A DNA stretch of 64,000 bases from Octopus sinensis (taxonomy: Eukaryota), in contig NC_043008.1 in assembly GCF_006345805.1 (NCBI RefSeq), forward strand, positions 34,100,001 through 34,164,000. The letters run 5' to 3'. Under the pieces are notes generated by a model, which was not told where the DNA came from, did not search any database, and saw only the letters and a list, made by a program, of their open reading frames with translations. Positions 1-13,285 of the stretch are shown one piece after another; positions within the stretch are counted from its first letter, which is position 1; the number at the start of each line of letters is the position of its first letter. The translations under genes and the position numbers were made by a program.

Positions 1-235
1 CTCTGTCGTGTGTGCATACTGACATTACACATCCAGCGGATCGTGCTAGCTTCATTTCTTTCGAGCCAACACATGTCCTCCGCAGTCATTGTCGTGAAGC
101 ATGGCAAGTTCGCACACATGCATCGTACAATCTGCCTTTCACTCTGAGCGAGCGGCCCTTTGTCACCAGTAGGGGTGGAAGCTTTCTAAACTTTGCTCAG
201 GCTATTCTTATTCTATCTGAAGCAATGCAACATTC
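1..235 (-). mobile_element. RTE-clade LINE fragment (3' part of RT-associated region)
   Basis: The reverse strand reads as a degenerate RIRIAWAKF..LP.LVT.GRSLRVKGRLYDACV...RxNEASMLRWMC, homologous to 11668-12050 (-) and 19230-19560 (+). Confidence 0.75.
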
Positions 236-473
236 CCTTTTCTTCCTGGGAAAACAAAGCATCAGAACGCAGGGCCTGGCACCACGCCTCCTTTTGCCCA
301 GTTCAAAGATTTGAGCAAAGTAAACTCCAACATCAGAAGCAAATTTGTCCAAGCACGAAGACACACTGGCAAAATGCTGCTCCTCTAAATGGAAACCTTA
401 ACTGTCATTATAATTTTATAGCACGTCTGCTCTAGTGTCTGTTGGCTTGTGTACGTGCATACATTAATATACA

Positions 474-516
474 TTGTATGTATGTATGTATGTATGTATA
501 TATGTATGTATGTATG

Positions 517-550
<34 letters not shown>

Positions 551-644
551 TGTATGTATGTATGTTTGTATGTATGTATGTATGTATGTATGTATGTTTG
601 TATGTGTGTATGTATGTACGTATGTATGTATATATGTATGTATG

Positions 645-678
<34 letters not shown>

Positions 679-722
679 TGTATGTGCGCATGTAAATAGG
701 TATGTATGTATGTATGTATGAG
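474..722. repeat. (TATG)n microsatellite
   Basis: Directly visible; it is the source of the MYVC/HTYI pseudo-ORFs. Confidence 0.98.
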
Positions 723-1656
723 TGTTTGGAGTGCCTGTATGAGTGTGCGCATATGAATATGTCTGGTATACATGAATATGCATATCTCTGTATTTGTATG
801 TTTATATACGTATGCATGTGTATATTTACATCTGGTGTGTTGTATATGCATACTTCGTGTGTGTGTGTGTGAGTGCATGCATGTGTGCGTTTGAGCATTT
901 TTTGTGTATGGTCTAGTACGAGCATACATGAGATCAGCGTGTGAGCATGTGTGTGTACGGATGTAATGGTGCATTTTGTTAGGTGACATGTAATGGTAAC
1001 AGCAGCTATACGTGACTAGGTCTGACGTTGGATTAAGATTCGATGATAGTTGGGGAAAGGAAAATGGTAAGGAAAGAAAGGAAAGCGTGTGTGTGTGTGT
1101 AGGCATGTACTTGCATACACATACAAAAACAATCGTGGGAGATTACAGAAAATACATAGGGTTGGAAAGTTAGTCAACGGTCTGAGCAGATAGCAGAGTT
1201 TAAGTACCCAGTGCTAAATTATGGGGCAGCCAGTACTAAGTTGCTATGCTCGGGTCGTCAGCTTAAAGTTCCCTATGAGGGCACACCTCTAATGGCTGCG
1301 ATGAGATAATTTGTTTTTCCTGTTGTGGATACTGAAGGTTCATGGAGAATACGTAGATTTCACAGAAGCAAAGCTGGGCTCCTTTCAATGATGGTGCATT
1401 CGATGTTTGGGGAGTCGTTCAGGTAAGTGGGAGGTCTCCAGATGAAGTTAGGTAAGGAGGTGGGTTTTTTTCTATCTCTGCATCTGACAGAATGCATATA
1501 GTGTGTATACCTTCTCTTGAAGTCATAGGCCATCATGTCCTTGTAGTGCTTGTGATGCCATTGAATAGTGTGAAGAAGGCTCATTAGCCCACAGTCCTCG
1601 AGAGTCATATATATTCGTATATATATATGGGGGGTGGATGGTTGGATGGATGTATG

Positions 1657-1713
<57 letters not shown>

Positions 1714-2179
1714 CATGCATATATATATATGTTTACATGCATGTTGGGTCGTGATTGTTTTGTATTATGATAATATTTTGGTGGGTCTAGAAATGCTTGG
1801 CAGAACCCATCACCTCTCCATGCATTGAGTCCCACAATAAGGTTAGCCTACTAGCAGACACAATTATCAAGTTGTGGCCAAGTATGGTCTCAGCAACAAT
1901 AGTGAGAGTCAGATGAGAACCAATGTACCTGTTCATACCTAATGATGCTGCTACCAAAAACCAAGGTATTCTCCCTACTTGAGTGCTTCATTGCAGCAGA
2001 GCCCTTGCATTTGCTATGTGGACTACAAGACTAAGATCTTCATAGACTGAATGGAACTACAGTAGAAAAGAGGCAGTTCTATACTAAGTAAGGAAACATT
2101 TGAGTACAACAGAGGGGATAGGAACAGGTTTCTTGTTGTTAAGGAGATACAAATCTGTTCACATTATACAAGAGTTAGA

Positions 2180-2375
2180 AGGTGGTAAGCAAAACAGAAT
2201 TGTTTGCATGCAGGACAAAATGCTTAGTGGTATTTTGGTTGTTTTTATGATCTGAATTCGAATTTAGCAGAAGCAGACTTTACTTTTCAAGGGTCAATGA
2301 AATAAGTACTAGTTAAGCATTGAGGGCTGATGCAATAGATTTGCTCCAACCCCTTAAATTTCAGGCTGTGTGCCT
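2180..2375 (+). mobile_element. Degenerate tRNA-derived SINE (family with head GAGCTGGCAGAA...GTTCAAATTCC)
   Basis: Matches better-preserved copies at 36820, 43380 and 57900: aaaatgcttagtggtatt...gaattcgaattt...aataagtact... Confidence 0.6.
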
Positions 2376-3749
2376 TTGGTAGAAAGGATCATAGAAGAGT
2401 GGGTGAAAGTAATTAAGGTGGATCTAGAAAAAGAGATAAAAACAGTGGTAACAAGGTGTCAGGTTGGGCTCTGGAGTGAGAAGATCAAGAAGAGTGGGCA
2501 GAATAGCAATTGTGAGAGGGAGGTGGGGGGAGAAACAGACAGAGAGAGTTGGGATGCCTTTAATTCTTTTCTAAGACTGAATTAGACAGCAGAAACGTTT
2601 CTAGAATACATGTGATACTGCTACATAACATTTGCTTTTTTTGATGTTCTATTCATTGAGATTAACCTTACTTTTCATTTGTTTGGGGCTGATAAGAGAA
2701 AATTTCTAGTCTAGATTAGGAGATGGCATAATTTTTTCAGAATTGGATGTTCTGCCTTGATGTATCTGTTGCAGCACTGTGCATTCTACACTCAATTTGT
2801 ACCTCATCACAGAAAAATGGTGATACTTTGGTCAGGATCTGTGACTGATAGATAGTAACTGCAATTTTGGTAAAAACAACGGAAATGCAATTTCCTGAAT
2901 TTGATGTCTCCATATGTTTATTAATATTTTGCTAAGACTGAAGTAGATGGTGATACGAGATTACAGAAATGAATAACATTTAATACAGTAGCACACTACA
3001 AATATGTTTAAAGCATATATTATTCTGATACGTACTCATTGGTATTGGTCCAGGCTGTAATTGTGGATCCTTTATTCTGGTCTCAGGCTGACGCTTACAA
3101 CCTAAAAGATAATAAGTGTCAGAAATTGGAGAAAAAAACTTCAATTCATTTGATGAAAAGTTAATATTAGTCCAAAGATTTTCTGAATATTAATCTTACC
3201 TTTCATATCAATGGCTGTTATTAACTGTAGTATTATACTACTAATGTGGATATTTAAACAGAATTATTCCTGGGAATAAAATTTATATTCCAATCTAAGA
3301 TCAGTATGGTCTTAATGAAATGATTGATATTATTTAGAGTATCACTCTCCTAGATTACAGAAAAAATTTGTACATTTCTTCACAAATCTTAACAAACCGA
3401 ATAAAATTTAAGGTCATAATGCAAGTTGTCAAGTGATATGAACTTTTATTCTTCTCAATCTCACAAGCCCATTAGGCCTAAATTGATCCTTATTTCCATA
3501 AAGTTCATGTGAGTGAAAGTAGAAAACTGTTCCTTTAATATGTTGCCAGTCCATTGCAAGGTTAACTGATCCCACTTGCTACTAGCTGATCCCACTTATT
3601 TACGGCTGAATGGACTGAAGCAGACTTAATGCAGCACTTCCCAAAACTTCTTACATGTAGCACACTTAACAACATTTAAATATAAACTGTGCTACATGTT
3701 GTGCATAAATAAAGTAATTATATCCAAAAGAAGCATTTATGATTAACAG

Positions 3750-4865
3750 CAAGGTATAACGGCTCTGATGTATATTTGCATGTACTTACCTTTCTTTATT
3801 CAACAACTGAAGCAGTCTGTCAGAGGCAGAACACATATTAGGTAACTTTTTGCAGTTTTCAATGTTTTTGTTTGGATGTATTTGTTATAATGAGATATTC
3901 ATTCAATCTTCAATGCAACTAATTCTCTTTCATCTCAGATTTTTAGTGTTATTGATAGTTGAAAATCACAATTCACTTAATTATGAAATAAAAACTTGCA
4001 ACAAATCTGAACAGCAATCCCAAATGATTCCAAATGTACTTTATTTTAATTTTCACCTAATTTCAAACCAGTATCAGATGGAATATGTATGAAAGAAAGT
4101 CTAACCATATCATACCATTATCCAATCAGGTATGGAAAATAGAAATCAATTTTTACTTACAGCTTACCAAAATAATCAACTGCAATTAAAATTATTGAAA
4201 ATATTTTCATTTCTACCTTGCATGATTGTGTTTCCAATATTTAGTTGAGCTAATATTTTTGTCTAACTTACTAATACATTCTCATCAAAGATATTCACAA
4301 GGTATAAAGGCACTGATGTATATTAAAAGCACTGATGTATATTTGCATGTACTTACCTTTCTTTATTCAACAACTGAAGCAGTCTGTCAGAGGCAGAACA
4401 CATATTAGGTAACTTTTTGCTGTTTTCAATGTTTTTGTTTGGATGTATTTGTTATAATGAGATATTCATTCAATCTTCAATGCAACTAATTCTCTTTCAT
4501 CTCAGATTTTTAGTGTTATTGAAAGTTGAAAATCCCAATTCACTTAATTATGAAATAAAAACTTGCAACAAATCTGAACAGCAATCCCAAATGATTCCAA
4601 ATGTACTTTATTTTAATTTTCACCTAATTTCAAACCAGTATCAGATGGAATATGTATGAAAGAAGTTCTAACCATATCATACCATTATCCAATCAGGTAT
4701 GGAAAATAGAAATCAATTTTTACTTACAGCCTACCAAAATAATCAACTGCAATTAAAATTATTGAAAATATTTTCATTTCTACCTTGAATGATTGTGTTT
4801 CCAATATTTAGTTGAGCTAATATCTTTGTTTAACTTACTAATATATTCTCATCAAAGATATTCAC
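3750..4865. repeat. Recent near-identical tandem duplication, 567 bp period (3750-4297 / 4298-4865)
   Basis: ORFs 3850..4092 and 4417..4659 are nearly identical. Both copies end ctcatcaaagatattcac; copy 2 has a short extra ctgatgtatatt repeat at the junction. Confidence 0.97.
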
Positions 4866-5039
4866 TAAATCTGTCATACATTTTTCTTTAAAAAATGCAA
4901 GTAATTTTTTCTGCATTTTAATTCTGTGGATTAGCACCTTACCTTTTAAAACCATTCTGACTTCTGTCTGTAAAAGTAACCTCCCTTAACATGAATTTTA
5001 AGGGAGATTTGCTTAAACATTTGTGACTTTAATGCTGTA

Positions 5040-5265
5040 CTTTTAATGAAGTGTGGTGAGCCAGTATAATCATTATGACTCTGGACAAAGTGCTTTGAAG
5101 TATTTCACTCATATTTACGTTTGAGTTCAAATGGTGGCAAGGTCAACTTTGACTTTCATTGTTTTAGGATTAATAAAATAAGTACCAGTTGAGCCCTTAG
5201 GTTGTTAAAATCAATTTAGTCCTTCCCTTGAAATTGCTGGATTGTGCCAAAATTGGACACCAATT
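5040..5265 (+). mobile_element. tRNA-derived SINE (same family as 2180)
   Basis: tttgagttcaaatggtggcaaggtcaactttgactttcat...aataagtaccagttgagc...aaattgctggattgtgccaaaatt. Confidence 0.7.
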
Positions 5266-6360
5266 GTAACTGATAATTTTCACTGTTTGGTTTAATACTT
5301 ATATTAACTCAATTTGTAATGCTTCTAAAGCTAGTACCTCTCTATGTAAAAAGCAATGGATATACACAAAATTTGGATTTTGCTTTTATGCAAGTGGTAT
5401 GAAATGTTTAATAGATCCTACTGTAGAGATACCCCTTGTGTAAATATTCCAACACATGATTACCAATACAAATTCCATGTTTTACCAATACAAATACCAT
5501 GATTACCAATACTATTCCATTTTAAAATGTTAAAAACACTTTCATCAGCTTACATGGAATGGAAACTTATTAAGCAGCTCAGTGTACGTTTTATACACTG
5601 AAGTGTCAGATTTAATAGGGTACCAGACTGAAAGCTTGGCAGTATTTGTTCTAATTCTCTGCTCTTTGAATTTAAATCCTATTGAGATCAAACTTGACCT
5701 TAATTTTTATCTGTTTGGGGTGAATATAAGAAAGTTACTAGTCTGGAGTAGTTGATTGGGAGAATTGTTAGAGAATAGAATGGGATGTCCCATGCACTCA
5801 ATTTCTGCCTCATCACAGAAAAATGGTGACACTTTTGTCAGGATTTGTGGCCAATAGATAGTAACTGCAATTTTGGGAAAACAATAGAAATGTAATTTCC
5901 TGAATTTGATGTTGCCATATGTTTATCAATATGTTGCTAAAATTGAAGTAGATGATGGCACAAGATTTTAAAAAAATAAACAACATTCAATTCAGAAGCA
6001 TACTGCAAATATGCCTAAAACATATATTATTTTAATACATACTATTTGGCTTTAGTTCATTCTGCATTTGTGAATCCATTGTGCTGGTGGCACTTGGATA
6101 ATTCCTATCCATAGAGCCTAAAATATTGTAGATAATTACTTTCAGAAACTGGAGAAAAACTTAAATTCATTACAGGAAAAATTAATGTATGTCCAAAGAT
6201 TTTCTGAATATTAATCTTGTCTTTCATATCAATGGCTGTAATTAAGTGTAGTATAAATTTAACTGTTTGGTTTAATTTGGTTTTTGGATTTTGTTTAAAA
6301 CTTGCTTTAACTCGTAATGTTTTTAAAACTAGTCCCTCTCTATGTAAAAAGCAATAGATT

Positions 6361-6652
6361 GTCATTGTCGTTTAACGTCCGCTTTCCATGCTGGCATGGG
6401 TTGGATGGTTTGACTAAGGACTGGTGAGCCAGAAGGCTGCTCCAGGCTCAATCTGATCTGGCAAAGTTTCTACAGCTGGATGCCCTTCCTAATGCCAACC
6501 ACTCCAAGAGTGTAGTAAGTGCTTTTACACGCCACTGACACAGGGGCAATGACAACACTCAGTTCTGGCAATGACCACACTCAATAGGTGTTTTTTATGT
6601 GTTACCTGCATGGGAGCCAGTCTGGCGGCACTGGCAATGACCACACTCGAAT
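6361..6652 (-). mobile_element. Short retroposon matching the RTE 3' UTR, inserted into the triplicated unit
   Basis: Contains tttaacgtccgctttccatgctggcatgggttgg and ctacagctggatgcccttcctaatgcc, the reverse complement of the RTE tail at 19980-20125. It interrupts homology with the 5330-5480 block. Confidence 0.85.
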
Positions 6653-8230
6653 GATATACAAAATTTGGATTTTGCTTTTATGCGATATGAAACATTTAAT
6701 AGGGCCTACTGTAGAGGTACCCCATCTGTAGATATTCCAACACATGATTCCCAATACAAATACCATGTTTTGAGGTTGGCAGTTCACATATCTTGATCAC
6801 TTGCAATGATGAACATGTCTCTGATACATAAAACATGATTGATAATTGCATCACCATCGATAAAATGAATTGATACAAATTGATTGTTTTATTACTGCTA
6901 CCAGTAGATTAATCGACCTGCATGGAAAGGAAATTTCTTAATTGCCTCAACCAGATAGAGACAAATAGAGTGCTTATTACATACTGAACTGTCAGATTCA
7001 ATAGGGTACTAGTCTGAAGCTTTCTAGTATTTGTTGCAAATCTTTGCTCTTTGAATTCAAATCCCATTGGAATCAGTCTTGACTCTCATTTGTTTGGGGT
7101 TCATAAAAGAATGTTACAAGTCTCAATTAGGTGTTTGGCAGAATTATTCAAGAATAGGATAGGCTGCCTTGATGTAGCTGTTCCAGCATTGTACATTTTG
7201 AGCCCAAATTCTAACTCATGAGAAAAAAATGATGACACATCGGTCAGGAGTTGTAACCAATTGATAGTAACTGCAATTTTGGAAAAACAATGGAAGTGTA
7301 ATTTCCTGAATTTGCTGTCTCCATATGTTTATTAATATTTTACTAAGATTGAAATAGATAATGGCACAAATTTAAACAAATAAATATCTGATTTGGTAGC
7401 ACGCTACAAATATGCTTAATATATATATTATTTTTAAACATACTTTTGATGTTGTATTGTTCTGTATTTGTAGATCTTCTGTGCTTTTGTACTGTTCATT
7501 CCAATCCAAAAAGCCTGAAGAATTATTGATAATTAGTGTCAGAAATTGGAAAAAAAACTTAAATTAATTTGATGAAAAATTGATACTATTCAAAAGACTG
7601 CCAAGGTCAACTTTGCCATTAATTCTTTCAGGGTCAACAAAATAAGCACTAGTTGAATACTGGGTTGAATGAAATGGACATATACTCTCCATCAAAATTG
7701 CTGGCCTTGTGCCAATATTAGAAATCAAAATTAAAGATCAATATTAGTTCAAAAATTTTCTAAATATTAGTTGTATCTTTCATGTTAATGGTTGTTATTA
7801 ACTGTAGTGTTATGCTATTGATCTAGATCATAGGTTCTCAAAGTGGGTGCTACCACCCAACAGGTTGGCATTGAGAGGGCCCAGGTAGGCGCTGGTATCT
7901 GAGGGGGTGGTAGAGGAAAAGGAAGCATTGGGAGAAAGGCAGTGGATTGGGGGACGCTTATAATAATATTAAATATCAAATGATTCTTAATATATATAAT
8001 TAGTAAAATATAAAGGTTTATTTTTACATAAAAATAGGGGTGGGGATGCTTTTTGCTTTTTAAGCCTATTACTTACTTTATAAGTTTCTTCTGCTGAATT
8101 GGTAAGGTATGGGGACATAAACACACCAACATGTGTTATCAAGTGGTGATGGGGACAAATACAGACACACACACACGTTGTTATACACAGCCTCTCACAC
8201 TCACACACATATACACACATCCACACACAC

Positions 8231-10703
8231 ATCTCATCTCATCTCATGGCTTGGCTTTGCGAACGAAGATCAGAAAGGCTGTCCATGTCGCGTGCATGCA
8301 CGCTCATGACTGACAAGTCCGATATGGGAAAGGCAGGTCCTTGAACAGTGTCCACAGATGAAGGTAATATCCAGTGTGGTGTCAGATGCAGCTCACGCCT
8401 TCCTCCTGCGTCTCTTGTCTTTAAGTGCGTCTCTTCTTTGTTCCTCAAACGTGCTGACTGCGTTGAAGATCATGTGGCGCCAGACATCACGGTCCGCAGC
8501 CAGGTCTGACCAGCATTGGGGGTTAATTTGACATGCTGTTAGAGACTTCTTGAGGCAGTCTTTGTAGCACTTCCTCGGAGCTCCTCTCAGTTGGTGGCCG
8601 GCGGAGAGTTCACCAAACAGGGCAATCTTTGGAAGGTGATGGTCCTCCATTCTGGAGACATGCCCTGCCCATCGGAGGTGGTACTTTAGTAGCGTGGCTT
8701 CAGTGCTTGGGATCTCGGACCACTCCAAGACTTCAATGTTTGTGACGAAGTCACTCCAGTGAATGTTGAGGATGGTGCGGAGCCATCGCTGGTGGAAGCG
8801 CTCAAGGAGACGGATGTGACTGCGGTAAGTGATCCAGGTCTCTGAGCCGTAGAGAAGAGTGGTGAGAACCATGGCCCTGTAGACACTGATCTTTGTTTTG
8901 TTCTTCAGGCCACCATTGTGCCAAACACGTTTGTAGAATCTGCCAAAGGAGCTATTTGCCTTAGAAAGTCTATTGTCAATTTCCCTGTCAAACCTTGCAT
9001 CGGATGAGATGATGCAGCCCAGGTATGTAAACTGCTCTATTGATTTCAGTTCAGTACCGCAGATAGTGATGTGGCATGGGCGGTATTCCTCTTGGGGTGT
9101 AGGTTCGTGAAGTACCTCCGTCTTCTTGAGGCTGACCTCCAGGCCAAAGAGCCACGAGGCATCTGCAAAGCAGGACGTGATGCGCTGCAGAGCTCGCTCT
9201 GTGTGGGCGACAAGGACAGCGTCATCTGCGAAGAGAAGGTCTCGGATCACCCTCTTCTGGGTCTTGGTGTGGGATTGGAGGCGCCGTAGATTGAAGAGAC
9301 TGCCATCCAGACGATACCTCACATACTCCTCATCCTCCATATCTTCAGTTGCATGCTTGATCATCATGCTGAAGAAGATGCTGAAGAGAGTTGGTGCCAG
9401 GACACAACCCTGCTTCACGCCGTTGGAAATGAGGAAGGGCTCTGACAGGTCAGCATTGAGTCTGATCTGACCACACTGATTCTCATGCAGCTGATCACCA
9501 TCTGTAGAAACTTGGTGGGACAGCCAAGTCGTTCCAGGATGAGCCATAGTCCTGTCCTGCTCACTGTGTCAAATGCTTTTGTAAGGTCGATGAAAGTAGC
9601 ATAGAGTCCCCTGTTTTGTTCTTGGCACTTCTCCTGGAGTTGGCAGAGGACAAACACCATATCCGTGGTGCCTCTGTTGGCTCTCAAGCCACACTGGCTC
9701 TCGGGGAGGTTTTCTTCAGCGATGGTTGGTACTAGCCTGTTGAGCAGGATCCTGGCAAGTACTTTGCCGGCGATGGAGAGTAGGGGGATTCCCCGGTAGT
9801 TGGAGCAGTCAGACTTTCACCCTTTTTCTTGTACAGGGTTATGATGACGACATCAAAAACATCCTGTGACAGCTTGCTCTGCTCCCAGCAGCAGACAAGA
9901 AAATCATGGAGCTTGTCATGGAGCATCGGACCTCCATTCTTCCAGATTTCTGGTGGGATGCCGTCAACTCCTGCTGCTTTGCGCTCTTGAGTTGTCCTAT
10001 GGCTTCAATCGTTTCTTCGAGGGTGGGTGGTTCGTTGAGCTCCTATTTGAGTGGAAGTTGAGAAATGTGAAGGCTTTGGAAGTGCTCCGACCAGCTAGCG
10101 AGGATGGAGCTGTTATCGGTGAGGAGGTCTTGTCCATCTGAACTGCGTAGGGGACTCTGGGCCAGGTGGGTGGGGCCATACACTGCTTTCAGAGCCTCAT
10201 AGAAGCCTCTATAGTCTCCGAGGTCAGCGCACAGCTGGGTTCTCCATGCCAGGAAGCCCTCTTCCTTGCTAGTAATTCCTGGATCTCCTTGTCATTTTCA
10301 TCGAACCAGTCCTTGTTTTTCTTCTTTGTGTGCCCGAGAACTTCCATAGATGTCTTAAGAATGGCTGATTTCAGGTTCTCCCACAAGGTGTCTGGGGTGG
10401 TGTCATCAGTGCAGGGGGATTCGTCTAGTCTTTGCTGCAGGTTTGCTTGGAACTTGATTTTCACTTCCTCCCTGAACAAGCTGTCGACATTGAGTTTCTT
10501 TATGGGGTTACCTTTCTTCTTGGGTTTGGGTTCTAACTGCAGTTTGAGCTTGCAGTGGACAAGGCGATGGTCAGTGTGGCACTCTGCACTGGGCATCACT
10601 CTTGTGTGTGAAACGTCTTTCAGGTCCCGCTGGTGTACAAGCACATAGTCAAGTAGATGCCAATGTTTGGACCAGGGATGCATCCAAGTTGTTTTTAGAC
10701 GGT
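8231..10703 (-). mobile_element. 5'-truncated RTE-clade LINE (WMHPxSKHWH-type lineage, usually filed under RTE-BovB), frameshifted
   Basis: ORF 8393..9547 has NGVKQGCVLAPTLF, DLLFADD, YLGCIIS and LLYGSETW. Adjacent frames give RGTTDMVF/FIDLTKAFD, NYRGISL-like and HWHLLDYVLV...ECHTDHRLV (end of the APE domain). The 3' tail is (ATGAG)3 at 8231-8245. Confidence 0.95.
8393..9547 (-). pseudogene. Reverse transcriptase C-terminal part of the RTE element
   Basis: 384-aa ORF with the FADD catalytic motif; upstream domains are in other frames. Confidence 0.9.
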
Positions 10704-11234
10704 CTTTATGTATACATAAATACACAGAACAAACACCACTCCACATAGTGCATGCACTGTGTTACTTATACACATACACACACATACTCTCATATGCACA
10801 CAATTTTCCCAAGCATCATAATAATACTTGTTGTGCTGTCACTTGTCTTTGTCTTTTGTTTTCTGTACATTTTAACTAATGGCCCTTAATGGTTGTCTTT
10901 GTTGATTGTTTACTCTGTACATCCTCTTTGTTGTTGTTCGTTCGTTCAAAACCCTAACTCTTCACAAATTTTATATTTAAAAAATTTCTGGATGCTGCTG
11001 TGCATAAAGTTTTCCTATCTTGTCATGGAAAGCACGAAATAGGGAGTAGTAAAACAGTCAGCAACTGATGAGGAGTGTTACCTTCTTTTGGTATTTTGTC
11101 CTGTACTTATCTCTAGTTTGTTTACATATTTTTCACTCATTGGTGATGTCCTGTACTTCATGAATACTTTTTATTTATTTATAATCAAACGCCATGCAAC
11201 CTTGTCCACAGTAAGTTCTAACATTTATATATAT

Positions 11235-12050
11235 AATCATGCCCATGTTGGCATGGGTTGGACTGTTTAACCAGGGCTGGCAAGCTGGAAGGCTACACTA
11301 CACTCCAGTCTGATTTTACTTGGCTTGATGGGTCTTCTTCTCAAGAACAACATAATTCCAAAGGTCTCGGTCAGTCATCATTGCCTCCATGAAGCCTAAT
11401 GCTTGGAAAGAGCTTTCCATATGCCATGCTTAAAAGGTGCTTTTTTTACATGCCACTGGCATGGGGGCCAGTTATGTGACACCAGCATCAGTCATCGCTA
11501 TGATTTCATTTCGCTTGACAGGTCTTCTCAAGCACAGCATATCACTAAAGGTCTCAGTCACTAGTCATTGCCTCAGTGATGCCCAAAGTTTGAAGATCGT
11601 GCTTCTCCACCTTGTCCCATATCTTCCTGGGTCTACCTCTACCACAGATTCCCTCCACAGTCAGTGATTGGTATTTCTTTACACAGCTGTCATCATCCAT
11701 ATGCATCACATAACCATATCAGTGCAGTCGTCTCTCTTGCACACCACATCTGATGCCTCATATGCCCAACTTTTCTCTCAAAACGCTTACACTCTGTCGA
11801 ACATGCACCTTGACATTGCGCATCCAGCGAAGCATACTGGTTTCATTTCTTTCAAGCTTACGCATGTCCTTGGCTGTCACAGCCCATATTTCACTACTGT
11901 GTTGCATAGCTGTTCACATACAGGCATCATACAAATTGCTTTTCACTCTGAGGGAGAGGCCCTTTGTTGCCACAGAGGTAAGAGCTCTCTGAACTTTGCC
12001 CAACCAATTCTTATTCTCAGAGCATCCACCTCCGCAACTAACTTGGTCAC
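11235..12050 (-). mobile_element. RTE-clade LINE 3' fragment with 3' UTR
   Basis: Reverse complement of the 19230-20125 region (tccagcgaagcatactggtttcatttctttcaagc; catgggttggactgttt). Confidence 0.85.
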
Positions 12051-12261
12051 CTAGATAAAGGAAGCTATCAATTACCTCTCTCTTACCCACCTAGCAGTTG
12101 ATGGAGTCTATTTTCTGTACAGTTTTGGTGTTTATTGTACCTGGGTGTCTCCTACACAGAAGCTACTTCCCCTGTTAACCTTTCTCTGATATTGTTGCAC
12201 CTCTTATGTGTCCATAGCTTACACTGGGTACATCTTATGGAGTTTTTACCTACATCTTTTC

Positions 12262-13265
12262 TACAGATCGAACAGAAACTGAATTAGCAAAGTTAGACAG
12301 AAGAACTAGGAAAGAATTCAATATGAATGGAGGACTCGACCCAAGGGCAGGAATAGAAAGATTATGCCTACCTAGAAAGGAATATAAAAGAGGGTTAAAA
12401 TCAGTAGAAGACTGCACGGAGTTAGCTAGGTTAAATATAGACTCCTACGTAGGTAATAGTGAAGAAAGTTTATTAAAAGCTGTTAGAGTCACAGTAAGAC
12501 ATAGGGAAACCAAAAACCCAAACGAAGTTAAAAACCAAGAAGAAGAACAGAAGTTTTCTGACTGGCAGGAGAAGGCATTGCATGATAGATTCCCAAAGGT
12601 AATTGCAGCAAACAGTAGTAGTGAAACATGGTTATGGTTGCAGAATGGAAAGCTGAAGAGGGAGACAGAAAGCAGTTGCACAAGATCAAGCATTAAGGAC
12701 TAATTGGATAAAAGTCAAGGTAGACAAAATCCAAATAGATTCCCATTGCAGATTACGCAAATCAAAAGAGAACTGGTATGAGCATGTACCGAGTAAAGTT
12801 ATGCAGGAGAATGGAAAATTAACGATACTCTGGGACTGTGATTTTCAGTCGAATCGTGTAATCGAACACTGTCGGCCGGATATTATCATATTCAATAATA
12901 GAAACAAATACTGTTAGATTATTGATGTAACCATAACAAACGACATGAATGTTGTGTGTAAAGAAGTTTTAAAAATCACCAAGTACCCCGAATTGAAAGT
13001 GGAAATGGCAAGACTATATAGAATGCGAAAGGATAATGTAAAAGTGAAACCAGTGGTGATCGGAGCGTCGGGCTCAATCTCATTGAAACTTCAAAACTTC
13101 TTAAGGTAACTGGAAATCCCATGCAAAATTGATGTTTTGCAAAAAGCAGCCTTATTGGGCACAGTGCACATCTTAAGGAAAGTATTATCTATCTGAAGTC
13201 CTTGTCGTGACTTGACAGATGACTAAAGACTCCGGTAAATTTTTATCTTCACTGTGTTACGAAGA
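12262..13265 (+). mobile_element. R4/Dong-like RLE retrotransposon 3' fragment (family distinct from the 25.8-33.4 kb copies)
   Basis: Reads LAKLDRRTRKEF.MNGGLDPRAGIERLCLPRKE..RGL, WQEKALH, QDQAL.TNWIK, then the RLE motif CRPDIIIF...IIDVTI. Ends in (AAT)n at 13266-13285. Confidence 0.85.
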
Positions 13266-13285
13266 AATAATAATAATAATAATAA

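Larger units (their letters stand above)
2600..7830. repeat. Three diverged copies of a ~1 kb local unit (~2600-3265, ~5275-6255, ~6255-7830)
   Basis: Shared blocks occur in the same order, e.g. gatagtaactgcaattttgg...aatttcctgaattt (~2850, ~5857, ~7262) and tcagaaattggagaaaaaa...ccaaagattttctgaatattaatctt. The block ctagt.cctctctatgtaaaaagcaat is at ~5331 and ~6329. Confidence 0.85.

Noticed and set aside
385-1106. ORFs of 130-224 aa (HTYI/MYVC repeats), and similar ones at 36.1-36.8, 45.1-45.5, 49.4-49.8 and 60.5-61.5 kb
   Set aside because: These are translations of stop-free (TATG)n/(CA)n microsatellites.
1360-1608. 82-aa minus-strand ORF with natural-looking composition (…NFIWRPP…)
   Set aside because: No recognisable domain, no convincing splice sites, and the ATG comes from a (TA)n edge; possibly old LINE debris.
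11030-11090. CTGATGAG with an upstream CGAAA, suggesting a type II hammerhead
   Set aside because: Stems I and II cannot be formed; at most a decayed PLE LTR.
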